A DNA stretch of 64,000 nt, from positions 432,450,001 to 432,514,000 of the forward strand of contig OZ024740.1 in NCBI GenBank assembly GCA_964016885.1, written 5' to 3'. This document shows, in pieces, positions 1 through 13,299 of the stretch (position 1 is the stretch's first letter; each line of letters begins with the position of its first letter). The stretch is from Eledone cirrhosa (Eukaryota). The position numbers were made by a program, and so were the translations under genes. The notes beneath the pieces were generated by a model. That model had not been told where the DNA came from. It did not search any database and saw only the letters and a program-made list of their open reading frames with translations.

Positions 1-3000
1 TGGGTTGGACAGGTTGTAACATTCCAAGACCACACTTTCCCCCACTGGCATGGGTTGGACAGGTTGTCACATTCCAAGACCACACTTTCCCCCACTGGCA
101 TGGGTTGGAGAGGTTGTAACATTCCAAGACCAGACTTTTCCCACTGGCACGGGATGGACAGGTTGTCATATTCCAAGACCAGACTTTCCCCACTGGCATG
201 GGTTGGACATGTCACATTCCAAGACCACACTTTCCCCACTGTCATGGGTTGGACAGGTTGTTACATTCCAAGACCAGACTTTCCCCACTGGCATGGGTTG
301 GACAGGTTGTAACATTCCAAGACCACACTTTCCCCACTGGCATGGGTTGGAAAGGTTGTCACATTCCAAGACCAGACTTTCCCCACTGGCATGGGTTGGA
401 CAGGTTGTCACATTCCAAGACCAGACTTTCCCCACTGGCATGGGTTGGACAGTGTGTCATATTCCAAGACCAGACTTTCCCCACTGGCATGGGTTGGACA
501 GGTTGCCACATTCCAAGACCAGACTTTCCCCACTGGCATGGGTTGGACAGGTTGTCACATTCCAAGACCAGACTTTCCCCACTGGCATGGGTTGGACAGG
601 TTGTTACATTCCAAGACCAGACTTTCCTCACTGGCATGGGTTGGACAGGTTGTCACATTCCAAGACCAGACTTTCCCCACTGGCATGGGTCGGTCAGGTT
701 GTCACATTCCAAGACCACACTTTCCCCACGGTTATGGGTTGGACATTTTGTCACATTCCAAGACCAGACTTTCCCCACTGGCATGGGTTGGACAGGTTGT
801 CACATTCCAGGACCACATTTTCCATACTGGCATGCGTTGGAGAGGTTGTCACGTTCCAAGACCACACTTTCCCCACTGGCATGGGTTGGACAGGTTGTCA
901 CATTCCAAGACCAGACTTTCCCCACTGGCATGGGTTGGACATGTCACATTCCAAGACCACACTTTCCCCACTCTCATGGGTTGGACAGGTTGTTACATTC
1001 CAAGACCAGACTTTCCCCACTGGCATGGGTTGGACAGGTTGTAACATTCCAAGACCACACTTTCCCCACTGGCATGGGTTGGAAAGGTTGTCACATTCCA
1101 AGACCAGACTTTCCCCACTGGCATGGGTTGGACAGGTTGTCACATTCCAAGACCAGACTTTCCCCACTGGCATGGGTTGGACAGTGTGTCATATTCCAAG
1201 ACCAGACTTTCCCCACTGGCATGGGTTGGACAGGTTGCCACATTCCAAGACCAGACTTTCCCCACTGGCATGGGTTGGACAGGTTGTCACATTCCAAGAC
1301 CAGACTTTCCCCACTGGCATGGGTTGGACAGGTTGTTACATTCCAAGACCAGACTTTCCTCACTGGCATGGGTTGGACAGGTTGTCACATTCCAAGACCA
1401 GACTTTCCCCACTGGCATGGGTCGGTCAGGTTGTCACATTCCAAGACCACACTTTCCCCACGGTTATGGGTTGGACATTTTGTCACATTCCAAGACCAGA
1501 CTTTCCCCACTGGCATGGGTTGGACAGGTTGTCACATTCCAGGACCACATTTTCCATACTGGCATGCGTTGGAGAGGTTGTCACGTTCCAAGACCACACT
1601 TTCCCCACTGGCATGGGTTGGACAGGTTGTCACATTCCAAGACCAGACTTTCCCCACTGGCATGGGTTGGACATGTCACATTCCAAGACCACACTTTCCC
1701 CACTCTCATGGGTTGGACAGGTTGTTACATTCCAAGACCAGACTTTCCCCACTGGCATGGGTTGGACAGGTTGTAACATTCCAAGACCACACTTTCCCCC
1801 ACTGGCATGGTTTGGACAGGTTGTCACATTCCAAGACCAGACTTTCCCCACTGACTTTGGTTGGACAGATTGTCACATTCCCAGACCACACTTTCCCCAC
1901 TGTCATGGGTTGGACAGGTTGTTCCATTCCAAGACCAGACTTTCCCCACTGGCATGGGTTGGACAATTTGTCACATTCCAAGACCAGACTTTCCCCACTG
2001 GCACGGGTTGGACAGGTTGTCACATTCCAAGACCAGACTTTCCCCACTGGCACGGGTTGGACAGGTTGTCACATTCCAAGACCAGACTTTCCCCACTGAC
2101 ATGGGTTGGACAGGTTGTTACATTCCAAGACCAGACTTTCCCCACTGGCATGGGTTGGACAGGTTGTCACATTCCAAGACCAAATTTCCCCACTGGCATG
2201 GGTCGGTCAGGTTGTCACATTCCAAGACCAAATTTCCCCACTGGCATGGGTTGGACAGATTGTCACATTCCAAGACCACACTTTCCCCACTGGGTTGGAC
2301 AGGTTGTCACATTCCAGGACCACATTTTCCATACTGGCATGGGTTGGAGAGGTTGTCACCTTCCAAGACCACACTTTCCCCACTGGCATGGGTTGGAGAG
2401 GTTGTCACCTTCCAAGACCACACTTTCCCCACTGGCATGGGTTGGACAGATTGTCACATTCCAACACCACACTTTCCCCACTGGCATGGGTTGGAGAGGT
2501 TGTCACATTCCAAGACCACACTTTCCCCACGTTTATGGGTTGGACAGGTTGTCACATTCCAGGACCACATTTTCCATACTGGCATGGGTTGGACAGGTTG
2601 TCACATTCCAAGACCAGACTTTCCACACTGGCATGGGTTGGACAGGTTGTCACATTCCAAGACCACACTTTCCCCACTGGCATGGGTCGGTCATGTTCTC
2701 ACATTCCAAGACCAAATTTCCCCCACTGGCATGGGTTGGACAGATTGTCACATTCCAAGACCACACTTTCCCCACGTTTATGGGTTGGACATGTTGTCAC
2801 ATTCCAAGACCACACTTTCCCCACTGGGTTGGACGGGTTGTCACATTCCAGGACCACATTTTCCATACTGGCATGGGTTGGACAGGTTGTCACATTCCAA
2901 GACCAGACTTTCCACACTGGCATGAGTTGGACAGGTTGTCACATTCCAAGACCACACTTTCCCCACTGGCATGGGTCGGTCATGTTCTCACATTCCAAGA

Positions 3001-3190
3001 CCACACTTTCCCCACTGGCATGGGTTGGAAAGGTTGTCACATTCCAAGACCAGACTTTCCCCCACTGGCATGGGTTGGACAGGTTGTCACATTCTATGAC
3101 CAGACTTTCCCCACTGGCATGGGATGGACAGGTTGTCACATTCCAAGACCACACTTTCCCCACTGGCATGGGTTGGACAGGTTGTCATAT
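1..3190. repeat. 49-bp tandem satellite (GGCATGGGTTGGACAGGTTGTCACATTCCAAGACCAGACTTTCCCCACT) with a 732-bp higher-order repeat; continues past the window start
   Basis: Monomer read directly. Variant monomers recur 732 bp apart (near-identical ORFs at 391 and 1123), which fits 14x49 plus one 46-bp deleted unit. Confidence 0.97.
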
Positions 3191-3855
3191 TCACATCTTA
3201 CTATGCTGCTGCTGACTTGTTTTGCTGTTCCCTCTATAGGGTTGACTTGGTATATAGTCTCTCTCTCCCATGTATTCTCCTCATTTAGTAATCTTTCATA
3301 ATGGCTCTTCCACGCATCTTTCTTCTCAGCACTTGTGAGGGCAAGCTCACCTTTATCGTTCCTGACACACTTCTCTCCAACGACATCACAATTCTCTCTA
3401 ACACACTGCCTCACAATCCTGAACAACTGTTTCTGTTCTTTACGCTGGAAAACATGCTTGAATTTTTTTATCCTCCACTTCCCTTCTAACTAAGTATACT
3501 TGTCGCCTAGCTTCCCTCATGGTCTCTATGTAATGTACCCTATTTCCCCCGTTCTTCCATTTTTTCCATTCTTGTCTCTCAGCCTTAATTGCCACATCTA
3601 CCTTATTGTTCCACCAACAAGTCACTCTCCTTCTCCCTGTCATCTTGCTCCATCCACAAATCTTGTCCCTCGCCTTTAGTAAGTTATTTTTTAGTAACTC
3701 CCAGTGCTCTTCTACATTGAATGTTTCTATCTGCTCTTTACTGTCATAGGCATCAAGTAAGATTATCTTTAAATCTGTTACCGGCTGAGGGGTCTTTCAG
3801 CTTCCATATCTTTCTTCTCCAAGTTGCCTTCTGTTTCCAAGTTCCTCATGTTCTG
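3191..3855 (-). mobile_element. Degenerate internal fragment of the RTE-clade LINE (region between endonuclease and RT)
   Basis: Translations RRVTCWWNNKV...REARRQVYL and RQCVRENCDVVGEKCVRND...[10 protein letters not shown] match the 39497-41614 ORF; frameshifted. Confidence 0.9.
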
Positions 3856-4185
3856 ACAATATATATATATAATGAATAAAAATAACTAGGATTAAATTAT
3901 ATTATTTAATTGATTTACAAACATTTCTATCAATACAGTAAGATGTTCCATTATTTTCCTCTGTACTGATTTCCTCGGAATCTATTAAACAATATAAATA
4001 ACATATGTACCAACAGTGTCCTGACGATCTTCACTCCGAAAGTATAAACAAATTTCATACATTCGGTTTCCTAAATAGAATATTAGTCTAATGACTCCAT
4101 TTATACCATAAACGTGGTTTTGTCTTTGTGTGTAATTGTTCTCATCGCTCCTCATAATGGCGTATTATCTTCGCTTTTTTTCCGT

Positions 4186-4307
4186 TCATTGCCAGGGAAC
4201 TTCTTTACGAACCAAAGTATCATCTCCCTGTTTTCCTTCGGTTGCAACATTTTTCGAAATATTTACTTCTGCGTTCACAGATTGATTTTTTTTAGTTTCA
4301 GAAGATC
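4186..4307 (-). CDS. Possible terminal coding exon of an unidentified minus-strand gene (..SSETKKNQSVNAEVNISKNVATEGKQGDDTLVRKEVPWQ*)
   Basis: Non-repetitive island with an acceptor-like ctttcacccttaacAG, 39 open codons to TGA, then AT-rich UTR-like sequence. No homology recognised. Confidence 0.25.
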
Positions 4308-4440
4308 CTGTTAAGGGTGAAAGCAGTGATTCTTTGCTTAAACTTTAATCTGTTATTTTAATAAATATTTGCTCTAGGGTTCTTATATATTTGATATATA
4401 TTTATCCTTATCGAGCCCTCTTTGGATTTTAGTCATTGCA

Positions 4441-5140
4441 TTTATTATCATTATTATTATTATTATTGTTTTCTTTGAGTCTCAGTCATTGATGTTATTT
4501 AACTGGAAAGTTTGTTGAAATGAATATCAAGCCGTTACCTGCAGCCTCAGATATTCAGGACGTATCGGAAGGTTGTTGTTCCCAGCAAGCATGCCTTTTG
4601 AAGTGTTCCAAAAAGCGGGCTGGACTAATCTTCTTTAACCATCCTTGGAAACTCCTTGAGATAGTACCTAGTCTGCCTATGACAATCGGGGCAACCTTGA
4701 TTTCATGGCAGTTCCAAATCCTTTTTAACTCCCACTTTAAGTCCTGGTATCGGTTAATTTTCTCCTTCTCCTTTTCTTGCACTTTCATGTCAAATGGGCA
4801 GGCTACATCTACAATCAGGCACAATCTTTTTTCCTTGTCCAAAACCACCAGGTCAGGCCTATTGTGTTCTAATTTCTTGTCCATCTGTATCCTAAAGTCC
4901 TATAGCACCTTCACCTGATTGTTTTCTATCACTCTAGCTTATGCTCATACCACTTCTCAGAATGTGGTAAATTATTTACTTTGCATAGGTGCCAGTGGAT
5001 CACCCTGCCCATCACATCATGTCTCCAGCCTTTATAGTGAGTCTGGGCTAGGTGTTTACACTCGGATACAATGTGAGCCACAGTCTCCTCTCTCTCTCCA
5101 CATATCCTACACAGTGAGCTAGCCTCCTCCTTGTCAATTA
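4441..5140 (-). mobile_element. 5'-truncated R4/Dong-clade non-LTR retrotransposon (CCHC knuckle plus restriction-like endonuclease) ending in (TAA)n
   Basis: Minus strand reads CRICGEREETVAHIVSEC..RHD, then HNRPDLVVLDKEKRLCLIVDVACP..EKEKINRY..PIVIG. (ATT)n at 4441-4468. Confidence 0.88.
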
Positions 5141-5142
5141 TT

Positions 5143-8100
5143 ACCGGGACCCGGACGGTAAGTTGGTGGTCTTGGATGTGAGCAGTAACGAAGGTGGTGC
5201 CTTTAGACTGCTGGCCGTCTACGCCCCTACAGGGGCCGGACGACCTGACTTCTTTAGGCGCCTGGAGACCTTTCTGGGTATGTCTCGCCCTTTATTGTTA
5301 GCGGGGGACTGGAATGGCATCTTAGACGCACGCTGGGATTGTGTGGGAGTAGCTGATAGGAGCGGGGGGTGCAAAAGCCGCGAGCACCTACTCAGCCAGT
5401 TCCAACTGTCTGACATGTATCGACTAGATTTCCCCAATGTGCCAGTATGGACATGGACCAACCGAATGGGGTCATCTAGATCGTATATAGACAGGATCTT
5501 CATTAGGAAAATAGATAGAAATAGTGTGGGCTGTCCACTTTTTAAAACGGTCGCCTATTCAGATCACAAATTTGTGATCTGTACGGTCGACCTAAATAAA
5601 ACGCGTAGGTTAGGACCGGGTTACTGGAAGCTGAACATGTCATTTCCGGCACGTAAGGCTTACAGGGACCGAGTCAACAATTTAGTTAAGCAAAAGTTGA
5701 CAGGGGGGATCATCAACAACAGATGGTGGGTGGCTCTCAAAAGAGAGATTAGAGTAACTTCGATAGAGTTCAGCAAAGAACTAGCGTTAGAGAAACATAG
5801 AAAGGAGGGGGAGCTGGTAGATAAGTTAGACGAGGCTATTTGTAGTGGCATCGCAACTGACGTGCTAGTGGCAAGAATTGCATTAGACCATTTCTTCAAT
5901 GCCAAATTTGAAGGTTGCATTGTCAGAGCTAAGGCGCGTGCGCTGAGAAACGAGGGAACTAAAGCTGTTCGATGGGCCCGCGTGGCGGAGGCGCAGCGTG
6001 GTAATTAATAAAACCACAATTCGGTGTTTGGTGGACCGAGACGGACACGAGATAAGCGATTCCAAGCGGATGTGTGAGGCCTTTCGCCAGCACTTTGCTC
6101 GGTTGTTCAGAGAGAGTGGCGAGTCAGAGAGAGTAGCGGATTTCAGTCCCTACCTTGACAGCTTGCCGCACATCTCGACGGTCGACGCTGAGCGCTGCGA
6201 AAGGCCGATTACTTCAGCTGAAATTCAGGACGCCCTTGTCGGCTGCATGAGGTGCAAGTCACCCGGTTTGGATGGCCTGCCCTACGAGCTTTACGTAAAT
6301 ATGCCAGACTTGTTCTCCGAACTCCTCGAAGCACTCTACTGCAACTGGCAGCAGAATGGGAGTATTCTCAGTTCTGTGAGCCGGGGAGTGGTGATGCTGA
6401 TAAGGAAAGACGAGAACAAGAGGGATTCATTAGACAACTTCAGGCCCATAACTCTGCTCAACACAGAGGTTAAGATTTTGGCCAAGGTGTTAGCAAAGAG
6501 ATTGGCGCTTGTCGTCGAGGATTTGGTTGGGGAGGCGCAAACTTGCGCAATCCCAGCCAGGTCCATACACGACAATCTCCACCTCATGCGATACATCATA
6601 GAGAGGGTAGGGTGTAAACCTGGCTTTGGTGGGGCACTGATCAATTTAGATCAATCGAAAGCATTCGATAGGGTCGACCATCGGTATCTGGAGTTTGTCC
6701 TCAAAGCAGCTGGCTTCGGCCCTGTCTTTAGAAGCTGGATCGTTGCAATGTACAGCGACACATGCTCGGTGGTCAAGGTTAATGGCCACCTCTCGGAACC
6801 ATTTCGGCTCTCTCGATCGGTCCGTCAAGGGTGCCCTCTCTCTTCCCTTCTGTACTTATTGACTCTCGAGCCTTTACTGCGGAAGCTGGAGCTGTTGCAG
6901 GGCATCCCGCTCGAACCGGAACGTGGAAAGGCGGTGTCGGCTTATGCGGACGACATCACTGTGATGGTGTCGAACACCTCAGGAAACGATGTGGTCGGCA
7001 CCTTATTGAAGGAATATGAAAGGTTGACAGGAGCCAGACTTAACCCGGAAAAGTCGGTGGGCTTGCAGCTCGGAACCTGGAGAGCAAGCCCATGCCATCC
7101 AACAGCATCGTGGGGCGCTGGACGGACGGACCGGTAAAGTTGCTCAGGGTTTGGTTCGGACCAGACCTCCAGGTGGAAAAGAATTGGGACGAGGTAACGA
7201 ACAGAGTAGCCAGTCTCACCCAAAAATGGGCTGGGAGGAAGCTATCACTGAAAGGTCGCGCGGAGGTGGCGAATGCGTACATCGCGTCCGTCATCTACTA
7301 CCGCCTGACCGTCGTGCCTTGCCCCCGTCCGTGCCTCGTCAAGCTGGAACGGCTCCTCTTCAAATTCTTGTGGAGGGGGCAAGTTCCGTTGGTGAGGCAG
7401 TCCATCTGCTGCCAGCACCCTCTACGCGGAGGGCTGGGCATGCTGTGGCTAATGATGCGCAGACATGCGTTGAGGCTGCGACATCTCCAGATATTCTGCC
7501 TCAACGGTGAACAGGTGTGGTCTCCGTTTATCAAACGGGCCTTTCCGCAGCTCATTTCTTTGACTGAGCTGCAGTCCTGGGTCAAGAAGAGACCGAGACT
7601 GGGTGACTGGCACCTGGAATGTTGCCAGGCACTCACTGCCCTCTACCAAGCGGGCAATGCGATCAGTGGAACTTCCACTCTCGAGTTCTATAGAGGATTA
7701 GTGGTGGGCAAGTGCGATGACGCAGTCGGAGAAGCTTTGGGCCTCGACGAAGTCGAACTGACCAGTCTGTACCGGAGGACTTTTGAGCCGGGGACAATGG
7801 ACAATTTCCAGAAATCCCTCACTTGGCAGTGCTACCAGGGGGCACTGCCAGTTCGGGATAAACTCTACAGGCACGGAAGTGCTGTCAGACGGACCTGCCC
7901 AAGATGCGCACAGAACAACGAAACCGTTCTGCACGCACTTGTCCAATGTCCGTGCATTACTGACTTGTGGAGTTATGTCGAACAGCTACTGTCGCGTGTG
8001 GAACGAATCGGGCTATCGGCCGAGTCCATAGTGAAGATCGATCCACCGCCTTCCTTAGGTCAGGAAGAGCAGGAAATTTTCCTCTGTCTGGTGGCAGTTG

Positions 8101-8606
8101 CGAAAGAGATTATATGGTGGACCAGGTTGAAAGGACTAAAGACAGACACTTTTCTCTTCGGCCAATCCCTCATCAACATCTTCAAGTTTCACCTGGAAAG
8201 GAAGGTGAGGGTGGAGAGAGAAATGCTGCTCCCCAGTACATTTGCTAAAAGGTGGGTGAATGTGGCGAGAATGGCTCGTGTGAATGGGCCTACTCTAACC
8301 ATGTGCCTCTAGGCTGGCTAACTTGAGGAGAGGGGTGCTCTCCCTGGGTGCCCTAGAAGTGCAGGGTGGTTCAGGATTGGTGGGGTACCTGAAGCACCCC
8401 AGGGTCGTACACCCCCTATCGGGAATTTATTTTGTTATATTTATGCATAGTTTATTTTATATTTTTATATTTTCATTGTTAAATTAGTCTTGCCATTGTG
8501 CACTTTTACTCCACCTTATTGTAAACCCCCACTGTCCCTGTCTTTGTATTGTCCCCTACATGTCGGCCCTGGTGGTTAATAAATGAAATCATTATTATTA
8601 TTATTA
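5143..8606 (+). mobile_element. 5'-truncated L1/Tx1-clade LINE (APE-RT-zinc finger ORF2 broken by two frameshifts)
   Basis: ORFs 5163-6008 (GDWN, SYIDRIF, SDH, GYWKLN), 5998-7137 (KSPGLDG, FRPITLLN, KAFDRV, RQGCPLS, YADD) and 7092-8312 (CPRC..ETVLHALVQC). AATAAA then (ATT)n tail. Confidence 0.95.
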
Positions 8607-9074
8607 CTCTATATATATGTATATATACATATATATATATATTATATATATATGTAAAGAGTAAATAGGAATAAGGAAACTAACAAAACAAACGGCACAG
8701 TACATTGAAGGAATATATTAGTTTAACGCTTGAAATAGCAGGAAGGGGGTTTTAACTTTTTGGAATCTAGTCCTTCACCAGAAGAAAGAATGAGAAATGA
8801 AAGAAGAAATAGAAAGATTGAGGAGGCAAGCAGGGCGGAATTGGAATAAACATTTTTAGAGAAAAATAACAGCTCCATTCATGTTGCCATTTCTTGGAAA
8901 ATGTATATATATATATAATCATCATCCTCATCATTTTTATGTCGACCATGGCATCAGTTGAATGGGACTTTTTGAGGCAATGTTCTACTGGATACACACA
9001 TATTTTATACTAAAATGGATGGGATAAGATATGCCAATTTTGACATTCTTGCAGTCTTTTACTGCTACCTACTC

Positions 9075-9355
9075 AACTGTGAAGCCAAACACAATAGTAA
9101 TAATTTTATCTATGAGGAACATTTATCAATATGAAAAAACGAATAATAAAAGTGATAAAAAATTCATTCCAAATCCATTAGATAGAAAATATCAGCAACT
9201 TCCATAGTCCAAATTAATGAAATGATAATGGATTTATCTAAATATATCTGGTACTTAAGGAGAAATACTTTTTTGATAAGTAAGTTATAGAATCTGCCAA
9301 TAACTAAGGAGAAAGTGTATGCCTCTTGCATCTAGAAGAAAAATATCACATACCT
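9075..9355 (+). mobile_element. Ancient Penelope-like (GIY-YIG C-terminus) remnant
   Basis: Broken frames read LSKYIWYLR, VIESA and CLLHLEEKYHI, resembling the LSKYIW..LK / C.LCL.EK motifs of Penelope-like elements. Confidence 0.45.
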
Positions 9356-9834
9356 TTTAGACTCATTGGATGAGCTATGAGAGAGATTCTTTACAATTAC
9401 TTAATTAAATCTGTTAGAAATAGTTACCAAATCTCCTTCAAATTACACCCTAATTTCTGACAAAAGAAAAGATACATTGGATAATGTAGTCCTTGATACA
9501 TTATGTCTAAAATAAAAGATGGAATAACTACAACTGCAACTCATTTGATCATAGCTCTGTTCAATTATATTTGACTTAGCTTATACAACTCTCATTTCAA
9601 TCATGTCAGCACGAAATAATATTTATAAAACCATTCTTATATATAAAGATGGATAAAAAAACATTTGGAAAATGGCAAAATCTATCTTTGTAACAATTGG
9701 TTTCTGCCTAAGTCTACCAAGTATTATATTACATTGTAAGATGTTGTTAATTAACTTGTCTTTAATCCTATATTGTAGCAGGAAAGACAGATTTTTTTTT
9801 CCTTATTTTGCTTTTACAAAATTGTTACTACACC

Positions 9835-10069
9835 TTAACCCTTAGCATTTTACATTACTCTATATTTACTATTGTATTTTTGTGGTAAAGGCTTTACCTA
9901 ACAATTATCCCACATAATATCGAATCCACCATGTTGAGCTTTTGGTATTTTTTTTTTTTTGAAGAACAATACCTTAAAAAAGGATGAGTGGGCGGTTACA
10001 GCCAGTTTGAACAGAAAGAGGTGAGGGAATTCTGGCCGGATACAGCCAGTTTAAATGCTAAAGGGTTAA
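9835..10069 (+). mobile_element. Non-autonomous piggyBac-like MITE, copy 1
   Basis: TTAA-CCCTTAGCATTT ... AAATGCTAAAGGG-TTAA terminal inverted repeats with TTAA at both ends; similar to copies 2 and 3. Confidence 0.85.
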
Positions 10070-10289
10070 ATATTCAATTTAAATTACAATCATTTAAAAA
10101 TTTTGCAATAATACAAGACTACCAGAGCCCTCTTCCATAGTTTGTACCTAGCTTCCGGAATTGATATCTTTTAATTTTTAGATAACATTCAAGTTATTCA
10201 GTTTTATAAAATTTGAAAAAAAAAGAAAAAAAGAAAGAAATAATCCAATAATCCATTGTGTTATTATTTTTATAATTTTTTTTATATAA

Positions 10290-10570
10290 TTGTCTGGCCT
10301 ATGTCATTTCTCTGATTACATTTACAAAGGAATTATTAGTATTTATGCTTCTTGTCACCAAGAGCAGAAGAATGTAGCTGTCAGGACATGTCCTACAAAT
10401 CGGGGACAATATAGCAGCAACAATTGTAATATCATGGTTGCCAGCTGGTAGGTAAAGACTAAAGGGTAAGACAAAGAAGACCTGGAGATCCACCCTAAAA
10501 GATGACCAGGGCAGGTGTGGTGGTTTGAAAGATTTGTGGAAGAAACATTGCTTGAATAGTTAGTTAATAA
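10290..10570 (+). mobile_element. Old RTE-like LINE 3' fragment
   Basis: Broken frame RRM.LSGHVL..ISWLPAGR.RLKGKTKKTWRSTLKDD resembles the RTE C-terminal GHV..R..GRP.KTW motif. Confidence 0.55.
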
Positions 10571-10729
10571 AGAATAACAGTGGAATTGGTAAACTTGGTT
10601 GAGGTTAAGAAAACCACATAGCAAACAAAGTCAAGTAATGTTTTTAGAATTGATGGGACACCAACTGAAGTAAATAAGGGTTTCTGATTTAGGCAGAAGG
10701 CCAATCATTTTGGGGAAGGGGATAGTTGA

Positions 10730-10957
10730 TTAACCCTTTAGCATTTACATTACTTTATATATACTATTATATTTTCACGGTGAAGGCTTTACCTCACATA
10801 ATATCTCACATAATATCAAATCTATGAAATTTTGATATTATCTATTTTGAGAACAATACCTTGACATAAGTATGAGAGGCTGGTTACAGCTGGTTTGAAC
10901 AGAAAGAGATGAGAGAATTCTGACCGGATATGGCTGGTTTAAATGCTAAAGGGTTAA
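10730..10957 (+). mobile_element. piggyBac-like MITE, copy 2, apparently inserted in the tail of a SINE
   Basis: TTAACCCTTTAGCATTTA ... TAAATGCTAAAGGGTTAA. Confidence 0.88.
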
Positions 10958-11120
10958 ATTAAATCAACCCAAGTGCATTACTGATACTTTATTTTATCAA
11001 CCCTGTAAGGTTGAATGGCAAAGCTAACCTTGGCAGGATTTGAACTCAGAATGTAAAGAGACACAACTCTATGCCACAAAGCATGTTGTTTGATACTCTA
11101 CCGATACTGCCAATCCACTG
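10958..11120 (-). mobile_element. SINE-like interspersed repeat
   Basis: Reverse complement of the core CTGAGTTCAAATCC..GGT.AACTTTGCCTTTCATCC..GGG.TCGATAAAATAAAGTA shared with 13740, 21755 and 21970; B-box-like GTTCAAATCC. Confidence 0.75.
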
Positions 11121-11204
11121 CCCGTAACCTACTTCTCAATTGGCCACTCTGCAATGAGCTAAGAGAAAGAAACTATTTTAATATGGGAAATGCAATGAAA
11201 GTTG

Positions 11205-11325
11205 AGGAATGGCAGATTTGATAGAATCTTGGATATATTGCTATTGGGGTATTTGTTTTGGTTCTTTGTATTCTGAGTTCAAATCCTGCCAAGGTCAAAT
11301 GTACCTCTCATTCTTCTGAGTATTT
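11205..11325 (+). mobile_element. Degenerate SINE-like copy
   Basis: TTCTGAGTTCAAATCCTGCCAAGGTCAA core, in inverted orientation to the 10958 copy. Confidence 0.6.
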
Positions 11326-11367
11326 GAGCTACAATTTTACCTGCTATGGCCAGTCAGCAAAGTGATG

Positions 11368-11429
11368 TCTTCTTCTTCTTCTTCTTCTTCTTCTTCTTCT
11401 TCTTCTTCTTCTTCTTCTTCTTCTTCTTC
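11368..11429. repeat. (CTT)n microsatellite, probably the 3' tail of a minus-strand LINE
   Basis: About 20 perfect CTT units. Confidence 0.95.
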
Positions 11430-11546
11430 ACCCACTTATTTATGAGAGGGTTGTGGGGACAGAGTCCTCAAACACTCCTTCCAGCAGGTCCTGTCAGAAG
11501 CCCCTGTCTTCAACTGAACAGGCTAGATCCCCAAGACCAGCCAACC

Positions 11547-13285
11547 TCATCATCATCATCATCATCATCGTTTAACGTCCATTTTCCACGCTAGCATGGG
11601 TCTGGACGGGAATTGTCCCACTTGAGGCAAGATTGGTTGTCTTGCTCAGGACTGTCTGGCGGGTTTTCTACAGCTGGATGCCCTTCCCAATACCAACCAC
11701 GTTTACAGTGTGGACTGGGAGGTTTTTACCGTGTTACCTACACGGCCACATTACAGCGTGGACTGTGTTTTTTTTTGTCGTGACACCTACACGACCTCAT
11801 TTGTTTCGGACTGGATGTTGTGGTACCAACATAACTTCACATTTAAGGGGGTGGTGTGGATGGGGTGGGGGTAGTGGGACGGGGGTGTATTTTGTCAGAG
11901 GTGCCTACTGACTGTAGGTTTCGCTTTGTACTTAGGCAAGGCGGGTCTTCTGTATAACTGAGTAGCGCCAAAGATCTCGGTCCAGTGACATTATCTTGGA
12001 GAGGTGTAAGTGTGTGAGGTCGGAATTTATCAAGTCGTCCCATGTTTTTCTGGGTCTGCCTACTCTGTGGCTACCGTCTATTTTTATCGCCCTGCAGTTT
12101 TTTATACAGCTGTCGTCTTTCATGCGCATCACGTGACCATACCAACGTAGTCTTCTCTCGAGTAAACAACATCTGATCCCTCTTATTCCTAATTTCTCCC
12201 TTAGTTCGTTTATGCTTTGCCATTCACATATATTACTATTACACATCCAGCGGAGCATGCAAGCTTCGTTTCTCTCCAGTCTGCGTATATCTTCTGCACA
12301 CAATGCCCAGGTCTCACTGCCATGTAACATTGCTGTTCGTATGCAGGCATCATACAGCCTGCCTTTCATTTTTAGAGAGAACCCTTTAGCGGCCAATAGT
12401 GGTATAAGCTCTCTGAACTTTTTCCATCCCGTTCTGACTCTAGCTACTGTACTTTCAGAGCACCCTCCCCCACTGCTGATTTTGTCACCCAGGTAACAGA
12501 AGCTGTCCACTATTTCTATAGAACCATCTGTGTAATGGAATGAGCTAGTATTCTGTGGGCACTTGCTGCTACTTATTGCACCAGAGCACCGGCCACATCT
12601 AAAATCTATATTCTTAGTTAGCTTACCTGTGATCCCACTGCATCTTTTATGCACCCATACTTTGCATTTGGAACATAAAATGGAGTTTCTGCCTACTCCT
12701 TTCCTACACACTGAGCATGGCCATTTCCCAGATGGGACCGGTGCCCAATTTTCCTTCCTACAAACTAGAACTTTAGTCTTAGACAAGTTAACTTTAAGGC
12801 CTTTTGATTCTAGGCCATGCTTCCATGTTTGGAATTTCTTCTCTAGTTCCGCCATTGATTCAGCTATGAGCGTTAGATCATCTGCATATAGGAGTTCCCA
12901 TGGGCAGCCAGTCTTGAACTCCTCTGTTATAGCCTGAAGGGCAATAATAAATAGTAGGGGGCTAAGGACGGAGCCCTGATGAACACCAACTTTTACGATA
13001 AACTCTTCACTATATTCGTTGTTAATTCTAACCTTGCTGACTGTTTCTTTATACATGGCTTGTATAACTCTCACAAGCCATTCATCAACACCTCGTTTTC
13101 TAAGAGCCCACCAGATAATCGAGTGGGGTACTCTGTCAAAGGCTTTCTCCAAGTCAACAAAGGCTAAGTATAGGGGTTTACTTTTAGCTAGGTACTTCTC
13201 CTGTAGTTGTCGTACAATGAAGAGAGCGTCTGTTGTACTTTTACCTGACACAAACCCGAACTGCATTTCGTCTAGATCAATTCGC
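11547..13285 (-). mobile_element. 5'-truncated RTE-clade LINE with PHD finger and (TGA)n tail
   Basis: ORF 11932-13299 ([39 protein letters not shown]), about 380-bp 3'UTR, (CAT)n on the + strand. Confidence 0.96.
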
Positions 13286-13299
13286 TCTCTCTCTCTCAT

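Noticed and set aside
1-3190. CRISPR-like appearance of the regular repeat
   Set aside because: No unique spacers, no cas genes, eukaryotic context.
50-3301. 1083-aa and other long ORFs (MGWTGCHIPRPDFPHWHG...)
   Set aside because: The 49-bp monomer has almost no + strand stops, so all three frames give the same cyclic peptide. This is a satellite artefact.
10299-10624. Small minus-strand hydrophobic ORFs as host exons
   Set aside because: They are antisense to a degenerate RTE fragment.
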